From: Candidatus Caccoplasma sp.
Lineage (GTDB): Bacteria; Bacteroidota; Bacteroidia; Bacteroidales; G3-4614
Direction of reading: 5' to 3'
Assembly: GCA_045587545.1 (NCBI GenBank)
Contig: JAZNCN010000028.1
Coordinates: 79,045 to 143,044, forward strand
Length of the DNA stretch: 64,000 nt
In this document: one piece after another, positions 32,219 through 41,418 of the stretch
Layout: each line of letters starts with the position of its first letter
Position numbering within the stretch: position 1 is the first letter of the stretch
Program-made: the position numbers and the translations under genes
The notes under the pieces: generated by a model
What the model was told of the DNA's origin: nothing
The model's input: only the letters and a program-made list of their open reading frames with translations
Databases searched by the model: none

Positions 32219-33865
32219 ATGGAAAAATGTTTTAATAGTTATTTTGAGGAGAGTATCAAACAAAATTGGGAACTCCCTGCGTTAAGTGATTTTAAAGGTG
32301 TTGCATATCATTATAAAGATATTGCTCGCAAGATTGAAAAAATTCATATATTATTTGAAGCCGCAGGAATTGAAAAAGGCGATAGAATAGCAATATGCGG
32401 ACGTAACTCTTCACATTGGGCTGTAGCAATGTTTGCGACATTAGCATACGGAGCAGTTGCTGTTCCTGTATTACATGAATTTAAAGCAGACAATGTTCAC
32501 AATATTGTAAATCATAGTGAAGCAAAACTTTTATGTGTTGGAGATATGGTATGGGAAAATCTAAACGACGAGATGATGCCCGACCTTACAGGAATTATTC
32601 TTTTAAATGATTTCTCTGTTCTCAAATCAAATTGTGAGAAATTAGTTGAAGCTCGCCACAGATTAAACGAATTATTTGGTAAAAAATATCCCGAAAGATT
32701 CTCTGCATCAGATATAAAATATCATAAAGATTCTCCCGAAGAGTTAGCAATAATAAACTACACATCAGGTTCTACAGGATTTTCAAAAGGAGTTATGCTA
32801 CCCTATCGAGCGTTAAATGCCAACTTAAAATTCTGTAACGAAAATCTTCCATGGTTAAAAACCGAAGATAATGCAGTATCAATGTTGCCTATGGCACATA
32901 TGTATGGTTTAATGATTGAGTTATTCAATCCATTTGCAAAAGGTTGTCACATTCACTTCTTAACACGCATACCTTCACCCAAAATAATTATGGATGCATT
33001 TGCAGAGTGCAAACCTCCTATTATTATTGCAGTACCATTAATTATTGAAAAAATCATCAGAAACAAAGTATTCCCTCTATTGGACAAACCCATTATGAAA
33101 TTCTTAATGATGATTCCTTTTGTTGACAATCAACTTCTCGCAAAAATAAAAGCAAAATTAGAAGAGAGTTTCGGTGGCAACCTAAAACAAGTTATTGTAG
33201 GAGGAGCGGCACTAAACAAAGAGGTAGAAGAGTTCTTGCGTAAAATTGACTTCCCCATCACAGTCGGATACGGAATGACAGAGTGTGCACCACTTGTATC
33301 GTATGCCCCATGGAATGAGACAAAACCGGGTGCATGTGGTAAGTTATGTAACTATATGGAAGCTCGCGTAAACTCAAAAGACCCAGAAAATATTGCAGGA
33401 GAGTTATGGTTGAAAGGACCTAATGTAATGCAAGGATATTTTAAAAACGAGGAGGCAACAGAAGCCGTTATGGACGGAGAATGGATGAACACAGGAGACC
33501 TCGCTTTAATTGATTCTGACGGATTTATATACATTAAAGGTCGCAGTAAAAATATGATTCTTGGTCCTTCCGGACAAAATATTTATCCCGAGGAGATTGA
33601 AGATCAACTTAATAATATGCCATACGTAAGTGAATCAATTGTTATTGAGCAAGATAGCAAACTTGTTTGGCTGGTATATCCCGATTTTGAGAATGGTGAA
33701 AAAGCAGGCATTTCACAAAAAAACATGGAAGCTCAAATGGAAGAGAATAGAGTTAATGCCAATAAGTTACTTCCCGCATATAGCCAAATTGCAAAAATTA
33801 AGGTTTACTACGAAGAGTTTGAAAAGACACCAAAAAGAAGTATTAAACGTTACTTATATCAATAA
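32219..33865 (+). CDS. AMP-dependent synthetase/ligase, paralog 2
   Basis: 548-aa ORF, collinear with paralog 1 over its full length with the same motifs. Confidence 0.8.
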   Translation: MEKCFNSYFEESIKQNWELPALSDFKGVAYHYKDIARKIEKIHILFEAAGIEKGDRIAICGRNSSHWAVAMFATLAYGAVAVPVLHEFKADNVHNIVNHSEAKLLCVGDMVWENLNDEMMPDLTGIILLNDFSVLKSNCEKLVEARHRLNELFGKKYPERFSASDIKYHKDSPEELAIINYTSGSTGFSKGVMLPYRALNANLKFCNENLPWLKTEDNAVSMLPMAHMYGLMIELFNPFAKGCHIHFLTRIPSPKIIMDAFAECKPPIIIAVPLIIEKIIRNKVFPLLDKPIMKFLMMIPFVDNQLLAKIKAKLEESFGGNLKQVIVGGAALNKEVEEFLRKIDFPITVGYGMTECAPLVSYAPWNETKPGACGKLCNYMEARVNSKDPENIAGELWLKGPNVMQGYFKNEEATEAVMDGEWMNTGDLALIDSDGFIYIKGRSKNMILGPSGQNIYPEEIEDQLNNMPYVSESIVIEQDSKLVWLVYPDFENGEKAGISQKNMEAQMEENRVNANKLLPAYSQIAKIKVYYEEFEKTPKRSIKRYLYQ

Positions 33866-33878
33866 CAACTCATTCAAA

Positions 33879-33995
33879 GAGGCTGTCTAACAAGATGATT
33901 TCTGCGTTACGCTTGCCCTCAAAATGCTCATTTACGCCGAGTAAACTCCGCTTTTTCGAGCTACGCAAGCCTTGAAATCCCTCTTGTTGTACAAC
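33879..33995. repeat. about 115-bp imperfect palindrome (nested inverted repeats) of unknown function
   Basis: Nested arm pairs are ggctgtctaacaag/cttgttgtacaac, gatttc/gaaatc, gcttgc/gcaagc, ctcaaaa/ttttcgag and tttac/gtaaa, around the loop gccga. Confidence 0.6.
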
Positions 33996-34005
33996 TTCTA
34001 ACAAA

Positions 34006-34042
34006 AAGAGAGTGTCTAAAAAAACTTGTTAGACACTCTCTT
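34006..34042. terminator. bidirectional terminator hairpin (aagagagtgtctaa...ttagacactctctt)
   Basis: 14-bp perfect stem with a 9-nt loop, between convergent genes. Confidence 0.75.
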
Positions 34043-34060
34043 CTCTTATTTATTTAATAG

Positions 34061-34651
34061 TTATTTTTTAAGTATAATACAATACTCTTTATCCTCGTCA
34101 TAAAAACCCGTTACAGACAATCCTTTATTCTTATATTCATTAACCAAGACATTAATATCAGGTAGTTCAGCATCACTTATACGCTTATCACCCCCTAAGT
34201 GCATACAATTAATTTTACATCGTCCATATGTATGAGAAATAACCATAGTTCCCCCTTCAATTAAATTATTTCTATACAAATTAACCACCGATAATACTTT
34301 ATCTTTCAAATAAGGCAATACATTATAAAGTAATATAACATCATAAACATTGCTATCTTTATAATCTTCAATATTTGCTTTTATATATCTTATATGTGCA
34401 TCGTTAAAATTCTTAGCACGCGACATATTCAACATTCTTTGCGACAAGTCAAACTGCGTAATCTCCCCATTCTTATTTAACTTTCTTATATATGGCACAA
34501 GCACTCCTGTACCCGAACCTACATCAAGAACTTTTGCACCTTCTCTCATATCGGAAAGAGCAATAAATTTATTTAGTTGCTCCTTATTGTGCAATATTGC
34601 ATTATCCCATATCGCAGCCATTTCATCAAAATAATCAACCAAATGTTTCAT
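34061..34651 (-). CDS. class I SAM-dependent methyltransferase
   Basis: Motif I VLDVGSGTGVL. The preferred start is the ATG at 34651 (MKHLVDYF), which forms an ATGA overlap with the stop of the HypB-like gene. Confidence 0.75.
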   Translation of the reverse strand: MKHLVDYFDEMAAIWDNAILHNKEQLNKFIALSDMREGAKVLDVGSGTGVLVPYIRKLNKNGEITQFDLSQRMLNMSRAKNFNDAHIRYIKANIEDYKDSNVYDVILLYNVLPYLKDKVLSVVNLYRNNLIEGGTMVISHTYGRCKINCMHLGGDKRISDAELPDINVLVNEYKNKGLSVTGFYDEDKEYCIILKK

Positions 34652-35376
34652 CTTAATGACATATAAACTTTTTCCAATAAAAAAGAAGACCACTGTTCAA
34701 TTCCATCTCCATTTTGGGTAGAAAGCTTTAATATTTCCAAATTTGAATTTATGTTATGAATATTCTTTTCCAACACTTCTAATCTTGTGGGGATATATGG
34801 CAACAAATCAATTTTATTAATAATACACACATTTGCCGATTCAAACATATATGGATATTTAAGAGGTTTATTCTCTCCCTCGGTTACACTTGAAATAACC
34901 ACTCTCAACGACTCCCCTAAATCAAGCAATGAAGGGGATATGGAATTACCAACATTCTCAATGAAGAGAATTGTATTATCATGCAACTTCATACCCTTAA
35001 CAGCCTCATAAATTGTTTCAGCATCTAAATATTGATTATTCTCGCTATTTATTTGAAAATAATTTATTCCAAGTTCTTTTATACGTTTAGAATCGTCATA
35101 TGTTTGCAAATTACTTTCAATTAAAGCAAATGTGTACCTATTGCCTATATTACGTAGCGTCTCCTCAAATATTGAAGTTTTACCGGCACCCGGAGAACTT
35201 ACCAAATTAACCACATAAATATTCTTTGATTGAAAATACAATCGGTTTCGCTTTGCTTTTTCTATATTATTTAAAATTATTTCTCGTTCAATAGCTATTT
35301 TATCAAATGCTATATGCATTGCCCCAGTAGGGATATAATCGGGAGTATAATCTTCCCCTTTATTTTCGTTACTCAT
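34648..35376 (-). CDS. HypB-like G3E-family GTPase lacking the nickel ligands
   Basis: 242-aa ORF. Walker A SSPGAGKTS. Collinear with HypB (ENVGN, TEGENKPLKYP, NKIDLL). The positions of the G-domain Cys-His...Cys ligands read Gln-Tyr (NNQYLDA) and Ser (ENVGNSISP). There is no N-terminal CxxCGC or His stretch. Confidence 0.7.
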   Translation of the reverse strand: MSNENKGEDYTPDYIPTGAMHIAFDKIAIEREIILNNIEKAKRNRLYFQSKNIYVVNLVSSPGAGKTSIFEETLRNIGNRYTFALIESNLQTYDDSKRIKELGINYFQINSENNQYLDAETIYEAVKGMKLHDNTILFIENVGNSISPSLLDLGESLRVVISSVTEGENKPLKYPYMFESANVCIINKIDLLPYIPTRLEVLEKNIHNINSNLEILKLSTQNGDGIEQWSSFLLEKVYMSLR

Positions 35377-35390
35377 ATCTATTATTCAAA

Positions 35391-36236
35391 TTACTTATCT
35401 TCATACAATTTATTATGAGAGAAATTCATATTATCAATACTAAAAGGCGAAGGATAATACAAATTAATATTATACTCTCTCATATATATAATCAACAAAC
35501 TCATTAAAATTTTGTTTTGAAATATTGCTCCACAAAACAGAACATTATCAATTTGAATATCTCTACGAACTATATCAATAGCCAATTGTAACATATAAGC
35601 AAAAGTATTATGGAACTTTGCAGATATAACTGATTTATCAATACCCTTATCAACATCTGAAATCAAAAATGAAAATAGAAGTTTAATATCAAAAGGATTA
35701 TATCTGTTTACCGGATATCTTGTTTTTTCATCTTTTGATGCAATATGTTCAAGCATATAAATTGCCTCTCCGGGATATGTATTCACATCACACACACCTA
35801 TTAACGAAGCAACAGCATCGAAAAGGCTCTCCACTCCACGAGTACAACTATAATATTTATTATCAACAATACTATTTTCAACCGAATTTATATTCGCAGT
35901 ACCTATTCTATCAATAAATGATTGTGGGTAATAACGAGGCAAACCTTTTATTGCATTAATATAATAAACAACCATACGCCAAGGAAAGAGAGCTGTAAAA
36001 TTTACTTCCGACAAGGGTATTAACGGCAAATTCATCAACTTCACATGTTTGTTATTAGCACATAAAAGAACATCTCCACCACTCCCATAAACACCTTTTT
36101 CTTTATTATTACGATTAAAATCCAAAGACAATATTTTGCCTTTAATGTCATAACCTGTTATGACATCAGACGTGTTTGCATAATGATGTATTGTTATCAT
36201 AATCTCTATCTCCCGTATTTGTTTAACAAACCACAA
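35391..36236 (-). CDS. stand-alone HypF C-terminal (Kae1-like) domain fragment protein
   Basis: 281-aa ORF. GVYGSGGDVLL, SCTRGVESLFDAVASLIGV, GEAIYMLEHIA and FHNTFAYML...VLFCGAIFQNKIL align with the C-terminal half of HypF. No acylphosphatase, Zn-finger or YrdC regions are present, and only 230 bp of non-coding DNA lies upstream. Confidence 0.6.
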   Translation of the reverse strand: MWFVKQIREIEIMITIHHYANTSDVITGYDIKGKILSLDFNRNNKEKGVYGSGGDVLLCANNKHVKLMNLPLIPLSEVNFTALFPWRMVVYYINAIKGLPRYYPQSFIDRIGTANINSVENSIVDNKYYSCTRGVESLFDAVASLIGVCDVNTYPGEAIYMLEHIASKDEKTRYPVNRYNPFDIKLLFSFLISDVDKGIDKSVISAKFHNTFAYMLQLAIDIVRRDIQIDNVLFCGAIFQNKILMSLLIIYMREYNINLYYPSPFSIDNMNFSHNKLYEDK

Positions 36237-36466
36237 TAGATATTGTTCAACAACAAATAGTCAATTAGTAACAAGGATAGCTTCATATTTAAAGGATTAA
36301 TCATTTAAACACATTACAACACTAATTAACAAACTATTTTATAATAGATATTTGAGTAAATATTTATATATACATTAAGAATGTTCAATTTTTCCTATTA
36401 TCTTGGAAATATTATCACTGATTAGAAACTTATTTATATTTTCGCAGTAATTAAATCTCAAACCGC

Positions 36467-37357
36467 ATGGAAAACAATAATTCAAATTTACTTTTAGAAA
36501 AAATAAACAAGCTAAAACTTAACCTCGAAACATTTGGTATTGCAGTAGAAAAAGCAAATCATATATTCTTTTCTGCAACAAATATTGACGTTCCTGTAAA
36601 ACCCGGTGTAGTATCATTAGTTCTGCTAAATAAAGGAGACGGAACAGTATCAATCAATGAGACCGACCATAATATACATGACAACTCATTAATAATCATA
36701 TTACCTAATTATAACATAAAAAGAAGAATTAATCGCGGATATGCCCAAGAAGGATATATTGTATCAATATCAATTGATGCAATAACAAACTTATCCATAA
36801 AGACAGAATTTATGATACCTATGTTCATGATGTTTCAGAGTTTACCTATAATAAATCTTTCTGATGAAGAGAAAGGTTCATTATTTAAATATTTTGAACT
36901 TCTTTATAACGAGGAGAAGGGAGAAAATTCTGAAATTAAATTTTTGATATGTTCAAGTATAATACAATCCCTTACATATAAGATATCAGAAATATTACGA
37001 TCAAGATTTATAGGAGAATACGAAAAGCATAGCAGCAAAAGTAGTATTAGGATATTCAAAGAATTTATAAAACTTGCAACAACTGACTTCAGAGAACATA
37101 GAGATGTAGCATATTATGCAAACAAACTCTGCGTAACGCCCAAATATCTATCAACAATTGTAAAAGAGATAAGTAAAAATAAAGCATCTAAATGGATTGA
37201 AATTCTTGTTATCTCAGAAGCAAAAAATTTATTACACTATTCCGATATGACTATTCAAGAGATTGCATACAATTTAAACTTTCCTAACCCCTCATTTTTT
37301 GGAGCATATTTTAAGAAATACACAGGAATGACTCCCGGTGAGTACCGCAAGAGGTAG
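36467..37357 (+). CDS. AraC-family transcriptional regulator
   Basis: 296-aa ORF with a C-terminal double HTH (YYANKLCVTPKYLSTIV...IQEIAYNLNFPNPSFFGAYFKKYTGMTPGEYR). Divergent from the hypF-like gene. Confidence 0.85.
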   Translation: MENNNSNLLLEKINKLKLNLETFGIAVEKANHIFFSATNIDVPVKPGVVSLVLLNKGDGTVSINETDHNIHDNSLIIILPNYNIKRRINRGYAQEGYIVSISIDAITNLSIKTEFMIPMFMMFQSLPIINLSDEEKGSLFKYFELLYNEEKGENSEIKFLICSSIIQSLTYKISEILRSRFIGEYEKHSSKSSIRIFKEFIKLATTDFREHRDVAYYANKLCVTPKYLSTIVKEISKNKASKWIEILVISEAKNLLHYSDMTIQEIAYNLNFPNPSFFGAYFKKYTGMTPGEYRKR

Positions 37358-37386
37358 TAGATATTAATAAGTAGCGAATAAAAAAA

Positions 37387-37412
37387 GAGAGAAAGTCAAT
37401 TGACTTTCTCTC
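37387..37412. terminator. perfect 13-bp palindrome gagagaaagtcaa/ttgactttctctc flanked by A/T tracts
   Basis: Lies between araC (+) and the tRNA (-). Confidence 0.7.
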
Positions 37413-37419
37413 TTTTTAG

Positions 37420-37491
<72 letters not shown>

Positions 37492-37608
37492 ATATCTCTT
37501 TTGCGAGTGCAAAGGTATAACCATTTATTTAAATAACCAAATATTTGGACTACTTTTTATTGCAAAAACAAAAAAGTTGCTCGATATAAAGAATTACAAG
37601 CCTGTTAT

Positions 37609-38889
37609 CTAAGCATTTAATGCTTGTTCAATATCTGCTATAATATCTTCAACATTTTCTATACCTACCGATAACCGTATAAGGTCCGGGCGAACACCAG
37701 CCTCAATTAATTGTTCATCGCTTAATTGACGGTGAGTATGACTTGCTGGGTGTAAAACACATGTTCTTGCATCAGCCACATGAGTTACTATGGCAACAAA
37801 TTTAAGAGAGTCCATAAATTTAATTGACTCATCTCTACCACCCTTTAGCCCAAACGAAATAACGCCACAAGAGCCTTTTGGCATATATTTTTTAGCTAAC
37901 TCATAATATTTATTATCAGGCAAGCCACAATAGTTTACCCATGCAACTTTATCATTATTTGAAAGATACTCTGCAACTTTTTGGGCATTACTGCAATGGC
38001 GAGGCATTCTTAAATGAAGCGTCTCCAAACCTATATTCAATAAGAATGCGTTTTGCGGACTCTGAATACTTCCTAAATCGCGCATTAATTGAGCTGTTGC
38101 TTTAGTAATATATGCACCCTTACCAAATGCTTTTGTATAAGTTAAGCCATGATACGACTCGTCAGGAGTACATAATCCGGGGAATTTATCGGCAAATTTA
38201 TCCCAATCAAAATTACCACTATCAATAATACAGCCACCCACACAAGTAGCATGACCGTCCATATATTTAGTTGTTGAGTGAACAACTATATCTGCACCCC
38301 ACTCAAAGGGACGACAATTAATTGGAGTTGGGAAAGTATTATCAACTATAAGAGGGACTCCATTTTTATGAGCAACACGAGCAAATTTTTCAATATCCAA
38401 AACCTCTAACGAAGGATTTGAAATTGTCTCTCCAAACAATGCCTTTGTATTTGGTTTAAATGCAGCATTAATCTCCTCTTCCGAAGCATCGGGCGAAATA
38501 AAGGTAACTTCAATCCCCAATTTTTTCAAAGTTACGGCAAACAAGTTAAATGTTCCTCCGTAAATAGCAGAAGAACTCACAAAATGATCTCCTGCCTGAC
38601 AAATATTAAATATTGCATAAAAGTTTGCAGCCTGACCAGACGAGGTTAACATTGCAGCTACACCTCCTTCTAAAGCTGCAATCTTAGCAGCAACAGCATC
38701 ATTTGTTGGATTTTGAAGCCTTGTATAAAAATATCCACTATCCTCCAAATCAAACAAACGAGCCATTTGCTCACTTGTATCATATTTAAATGTAGTACTC
38801 TGATATATAGGTAAAACTCTTGGTTCTCCTTTTTTGGGTGTCCACCCTGCTTGTACACATAGGGTTTCAAGACTTAATTTATCTGACAT
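37609..38889 (-). CDS. metY: O-acetylhomoserine aminocarboxypropyltransferase/sulfhydrylase
   Basis: 426-aa ORF in the Cys/Met-metabolism PLP family (YTRLQNPTN, HSTTKYMDGH). Confidence 0.85.
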   Translation of the reverse strand: MSDKLSLETLCVQAGWTPKKGEPRVLPIYQSTTFKYDTSEQMARLFDLEDSGYFYTRLQNPTNDAVAAKIAALEGGVAAMLTSSGQAANFYAIFNICQAGDHFVSSSAIYGGTFNLFAVTLKKLGIEVTFISPDASEEEINAAFKPNTKALFGETISNPSLEVLDIEKFARVAHKNGVPLIVDNTFPTPINCRPFEWGADIVVHSTTKYMDGHATCVGGCIIDSGNFDWDKFADKFPGLCTPDESYHGLTYTKAFGKGAYITKATAQLMRDLGSIQSPQNAFLLNIGLETLHLRMPRHCSNAQKVAEYLSNNDKVAWVNYCGLPDNKYYELAKKYMPKGSCGVISFGLKGGRDESIKFMDSLKFVAIVTHVADARTCVLHPASHTHRQLSDEQLIEAGVRPDLIRLSVGIENVEDIIADIEQALNA

Positions 38890-38911
38890 ATTTTAAAAAA
38901 TTAATATTTTA

Positions 38912-38919
38912 CAAAGGTA
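38912..38919 (-). promoter_or_regulatory. -7 promoter box TACCTTTG (minus strand) for metY
   Basis: TAnnTTTG match about 23 nt upstream of the metY ATG. Confidence 0.35.
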
Positions 38920-39038
38920 AAAAAAAATAGGCTTTCATATCATATTATATTATATAAATATGCATGAATTTTCTTAAAAAGCCTAATTTTAAAAACCTTG
39001 TTATAATTAAAAGTGTTTCTAAAATAAAATTAGTTATT

Positions 39039-39518
39039 ATGACAAATTCAAAATTCAAATTCATAATACCTTCAATAATAGGTATTATTGTATGTTTTGC
39101 AATAGGATTTACAGCAAAATTCATACAAACACCTTCTCTTGAAACATGGTATCCACTTTTAGAAAAATCCTCGCTAACACCACCTAATATAGTATTCCCT
39201 ATTGCATGGGGTATCATATATTTGCTTACAGGAGCATCTATAGGTTTTATATGGAACAGCACATCTGCATTCAGAGGTAGCGCAATAGTGCTTTTTATCA
39301 CACAACTATTTCTTAATTTCTTTTGGAGTATAACATTCTTTTACATGCAATCTCCCGTATTAGGATTTATAAACATCGTTCTGCTTGACATTGCCGTAAT
39401 AATGTATATGAGCCGATGCCGTTACATAAATCGCATAGCTTATTGGTTAAATATACCATACATAGTATGGTTATGCTTAGCCACATATCTAAACGGATAC
39501 ATAATACTATTCTACTAA
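39039..39518 (+). CDS. tspO: TspO/MBR family tryptophan-rich sensory protein
   Basis: 159 aa from the ATG at 39039 (the ORF track starts at 38964). Five TM helices. WYxxLxKPxxxPP-like WYPLLEKSSLTPPN, and Trp-rich. Confidence 0.8.
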   Translation: MTNSKFKFIIPSIIGIIVCFAIGFTAKFIQTPSLETWYPLLEKSSLTPPNIVFPIAWGIIYLLTGASIGFIWNSTSAFRGSAIVLFITQLFLNFFWSITFFYMQSPVLGFINIVLLDIAVIMYMSRCRYINRIAYWLNIPYIVWLCLATYLNGYIILFY

Positions 39519-39542
39519 GAATATTGTTCAAACAATATAAAT

Positions 39543-39576
39543 TAGGGCGCATTCAAATAAAATTTGATGCGCCCTA
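39543..39576. terminator. bidirectional terminator hairpin (tagggcgcat...atgcgcccta)
   Basis: A GC-rich stem of at least 10 bp between tspO (+) and ettA (-). Confidence 0.7.
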
Positions 39577-39596
39577 TTAATATGTATATTATTATA

Positions 39597-41282
39597 TTAT
39601 TCCATAAGTTTGCGATAACGAGGGCGTTTAGGCTCAATATTTCCAAGACGCATCTTCTTATTCTCTTCATACTCTGAGTAACTTCCCTCAAAGAAGAATA
39701 CTTCCGAATTACCTTCAAAAGCAAGAATATGAGTACAAATGCGATCGAGGAACCAACGGTCGTGCGATACCACAACCGCACAACCGGCAAAGTTCTCCAA
39801 ACCTTCTTCCAATGCCCGTAAGGTATTAACATCAATATCATTGGTAGGCTCGTCAAGCAACAATACGTTACCCTCTTCTTTCAATGCCAATGCAAGATGT
39901 AAACGATTACGCTCACCACCCGAAAGTACTCCTGCTTTCTTCTCTTGATCAGCGCCGGTAAAGTTGAAACGAGAAAGGTATGCACGAGCATTTATATCTT
40001 TACCACCCATACGTATAGTTTCAACGCCTTGCGAAATTATTTGATAAACACTCTTATCAGGATCAATATCTTTGTGCGATTGGTCAACGTACGCAACCTT
40101 TACTGTCTCTCCAACTTCAAACGTACCTTTATCTGCTTTTTCACTACCTGTAATCAAACGGAAAAGAGTTGTTTTACCTGCTCCATTAGGGCCAATTACA
40201 CCAACAATCCCATTTGGTGGTAACATAAAGTTAAGATTATCAAACAGAAGTTTATCGCCAAATGCTTTTGCAACATCAACAGCCTCAATAACTTTATTAC
40301 CTAAACGAGGTCCGTTAGGTATAAATATTTCAAGTTTCTCTTCACGCTCTTTTTGATCTTGATTAAGAAGTTTATCGTATGAATTCAAACGAGCTTTACC
40401 TTTAGCCTGACGAGCTTTGGGAGTCATATTAATCCACTCCAACTCTCGTTCAAGAGTTTTACGGCGTTTACTCGCTTGTTTCTCCTCTTGTTCCATACGT
40501 TTAGTCTTTTGGTCAAGCCAAGATGTGTAATTTCCTTTCCAAGGAATTCCCTCTCCGCGGTCAAGTTCAAGAATCCAACCGGCAACATGGTCAAGAAAGT
40601 AGCGGTCGTGAGTAATAGCAATTACAGTACCGGGATATTGATTAAGATGTTGCTCCAACCAATCAATTGATTCAGCATCTAAGTGGTTTGTTGGCTCATC
40701 AAGCAAAAGAACATCAGGTTGTTGCAACAACAGGCGACACAATGCAACACGACGGCGCTCACCTCCCGAAAGAGTTCCGGCTTTTTGGTCTTCGGGCGGA
40801 CAGCGAAGAGCGTCCATTGCCCTCTCAAGTTTACTATCTATATTCCAAGCATCAGTAGCATCAATCATATCTTGCAACTCAGCTTGACGTTGGAATAACT
40901 TATCCATTTTATCAGCATCTTCGTAATATTCAGGAAGACCGAATTTTTCATTTATCTCCTCATACTCTTTAAGGGTATCCATAATTGGTTGTACACCCTC
41001 TTGAACAATCTCTTTAACAGTTTTATCATCATCTAATTGAGGCTCTTGAGGCAGGTAACCAACAGAATAACCGGGAGAGAAAACAACCTCTCCTTGATAT
41101 GAATTATCCAAACCTGCAATTATCTTTAACAGAGTTGATTTACCAGAACCGTTAAGACCTATTATACCTATTTTTGCACCATAAAAGAATGATAGGTATA
41201 TATTTTTTAATACTTGTTTTTGCGGAGGATATGTTTTGCTTACCCCCACCATTGAAAAGATAATCTTTTTATCGTCTGCCAT
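39597..41282 (-). CDS. ettA: energy-dependent translational throttle protein EttA (ABC-F)
   Basis: 561-aa ORF. Two ABC cassettes (GLNGSGKST, GPNGAGKTT, LSGGERRR/LSGGERNR) and no TM domain. Confidence 0.9.
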   Translation of the reverse strand: MADDKKIIFSMVGVSKTYPPQKQVLKNIYLSFFYGAKIGIIGLNGSGKSTLLKIIAGLDNSYQGEVVFSPGYSVGYLPQEPQLDDDKTVKEIVQEGVQPIMDTLKEYEEINEKFGLPEYYEDADKMDKLFQRQAELQDMIDATDAWNIDSKLERAMDALRCPPEDQKAGTLSGGERRRVALCRLLLQQPDVLLLDEPTNHLDAESIDWLEQHLNQYPGTVIAITHDRYFLDHVAGWILELDRGEGIPWKGNYTSWLDQKTKRMEQEEKQASKRRKTLERELEWINMTPKARQAKGKARLNSYDKLLNQDQKEREEKLEIFIPNGPRLGNKVIEAVDVAKAFGDKLLFDNLNFMLPPNGIVGVIGPNGAGKTTLFRLITGSEKADKGTFEVGETVKVAYVDQSHKDIDPDKSVYQIISQGVETIRMGGKDINARAYLSRFNFTGADQEKKAGVLSGGERNRLHLALALKEEGNVLLLDEPTNDIDVNTLRALEEGLENFAGCAVVVSHDRWFLDRICTHILAFEGNSEVFFFEGSYSEYEENKKMRLGNIEPKRPRYRKLME

Positions 41283-41385
41283 TATAAAACAAATTTTTAT
41301 TCTTATTACTTCATTTGAGTATGCGAAGATAACATTTTTTTATTGAATATTCTGTTTATATATCTCCATGTTATATAAATTTCAT

Positions 41386-41393
41386 TATTTTTG
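41386..41393 (+). promoter_or_regulatory. -7 promoter box TATTTTTG
   Basis: TAnnTTTG match 26 nt upstream of the sulfatase start. Confidence 0.35.
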
Positions 41394-41418
41394 TGTTCAA
41401 TAATAATCTTCAATACAT

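Noticed and set aside
33630-33890. 86-aa + strand ORF overlapping the 3' end of the second acyl-CoA ligase gene.
   Set aside because: It is an out-of-frame overlap with a strongly supported gene and terminates inside the palindromic element, so it is spurious.
38964-39038. N-terminal 25-aa extension of TspO from the ORF-track start.
   Set aside because: The extension (MNFLKKPNFKNLVIIKSVSKIKLVI) precedes a typical TspO N-terminus starting at the ATG at 39039. It would also run into the region expected to hold the divergent metY promoter. The shorter gene model is preferred.
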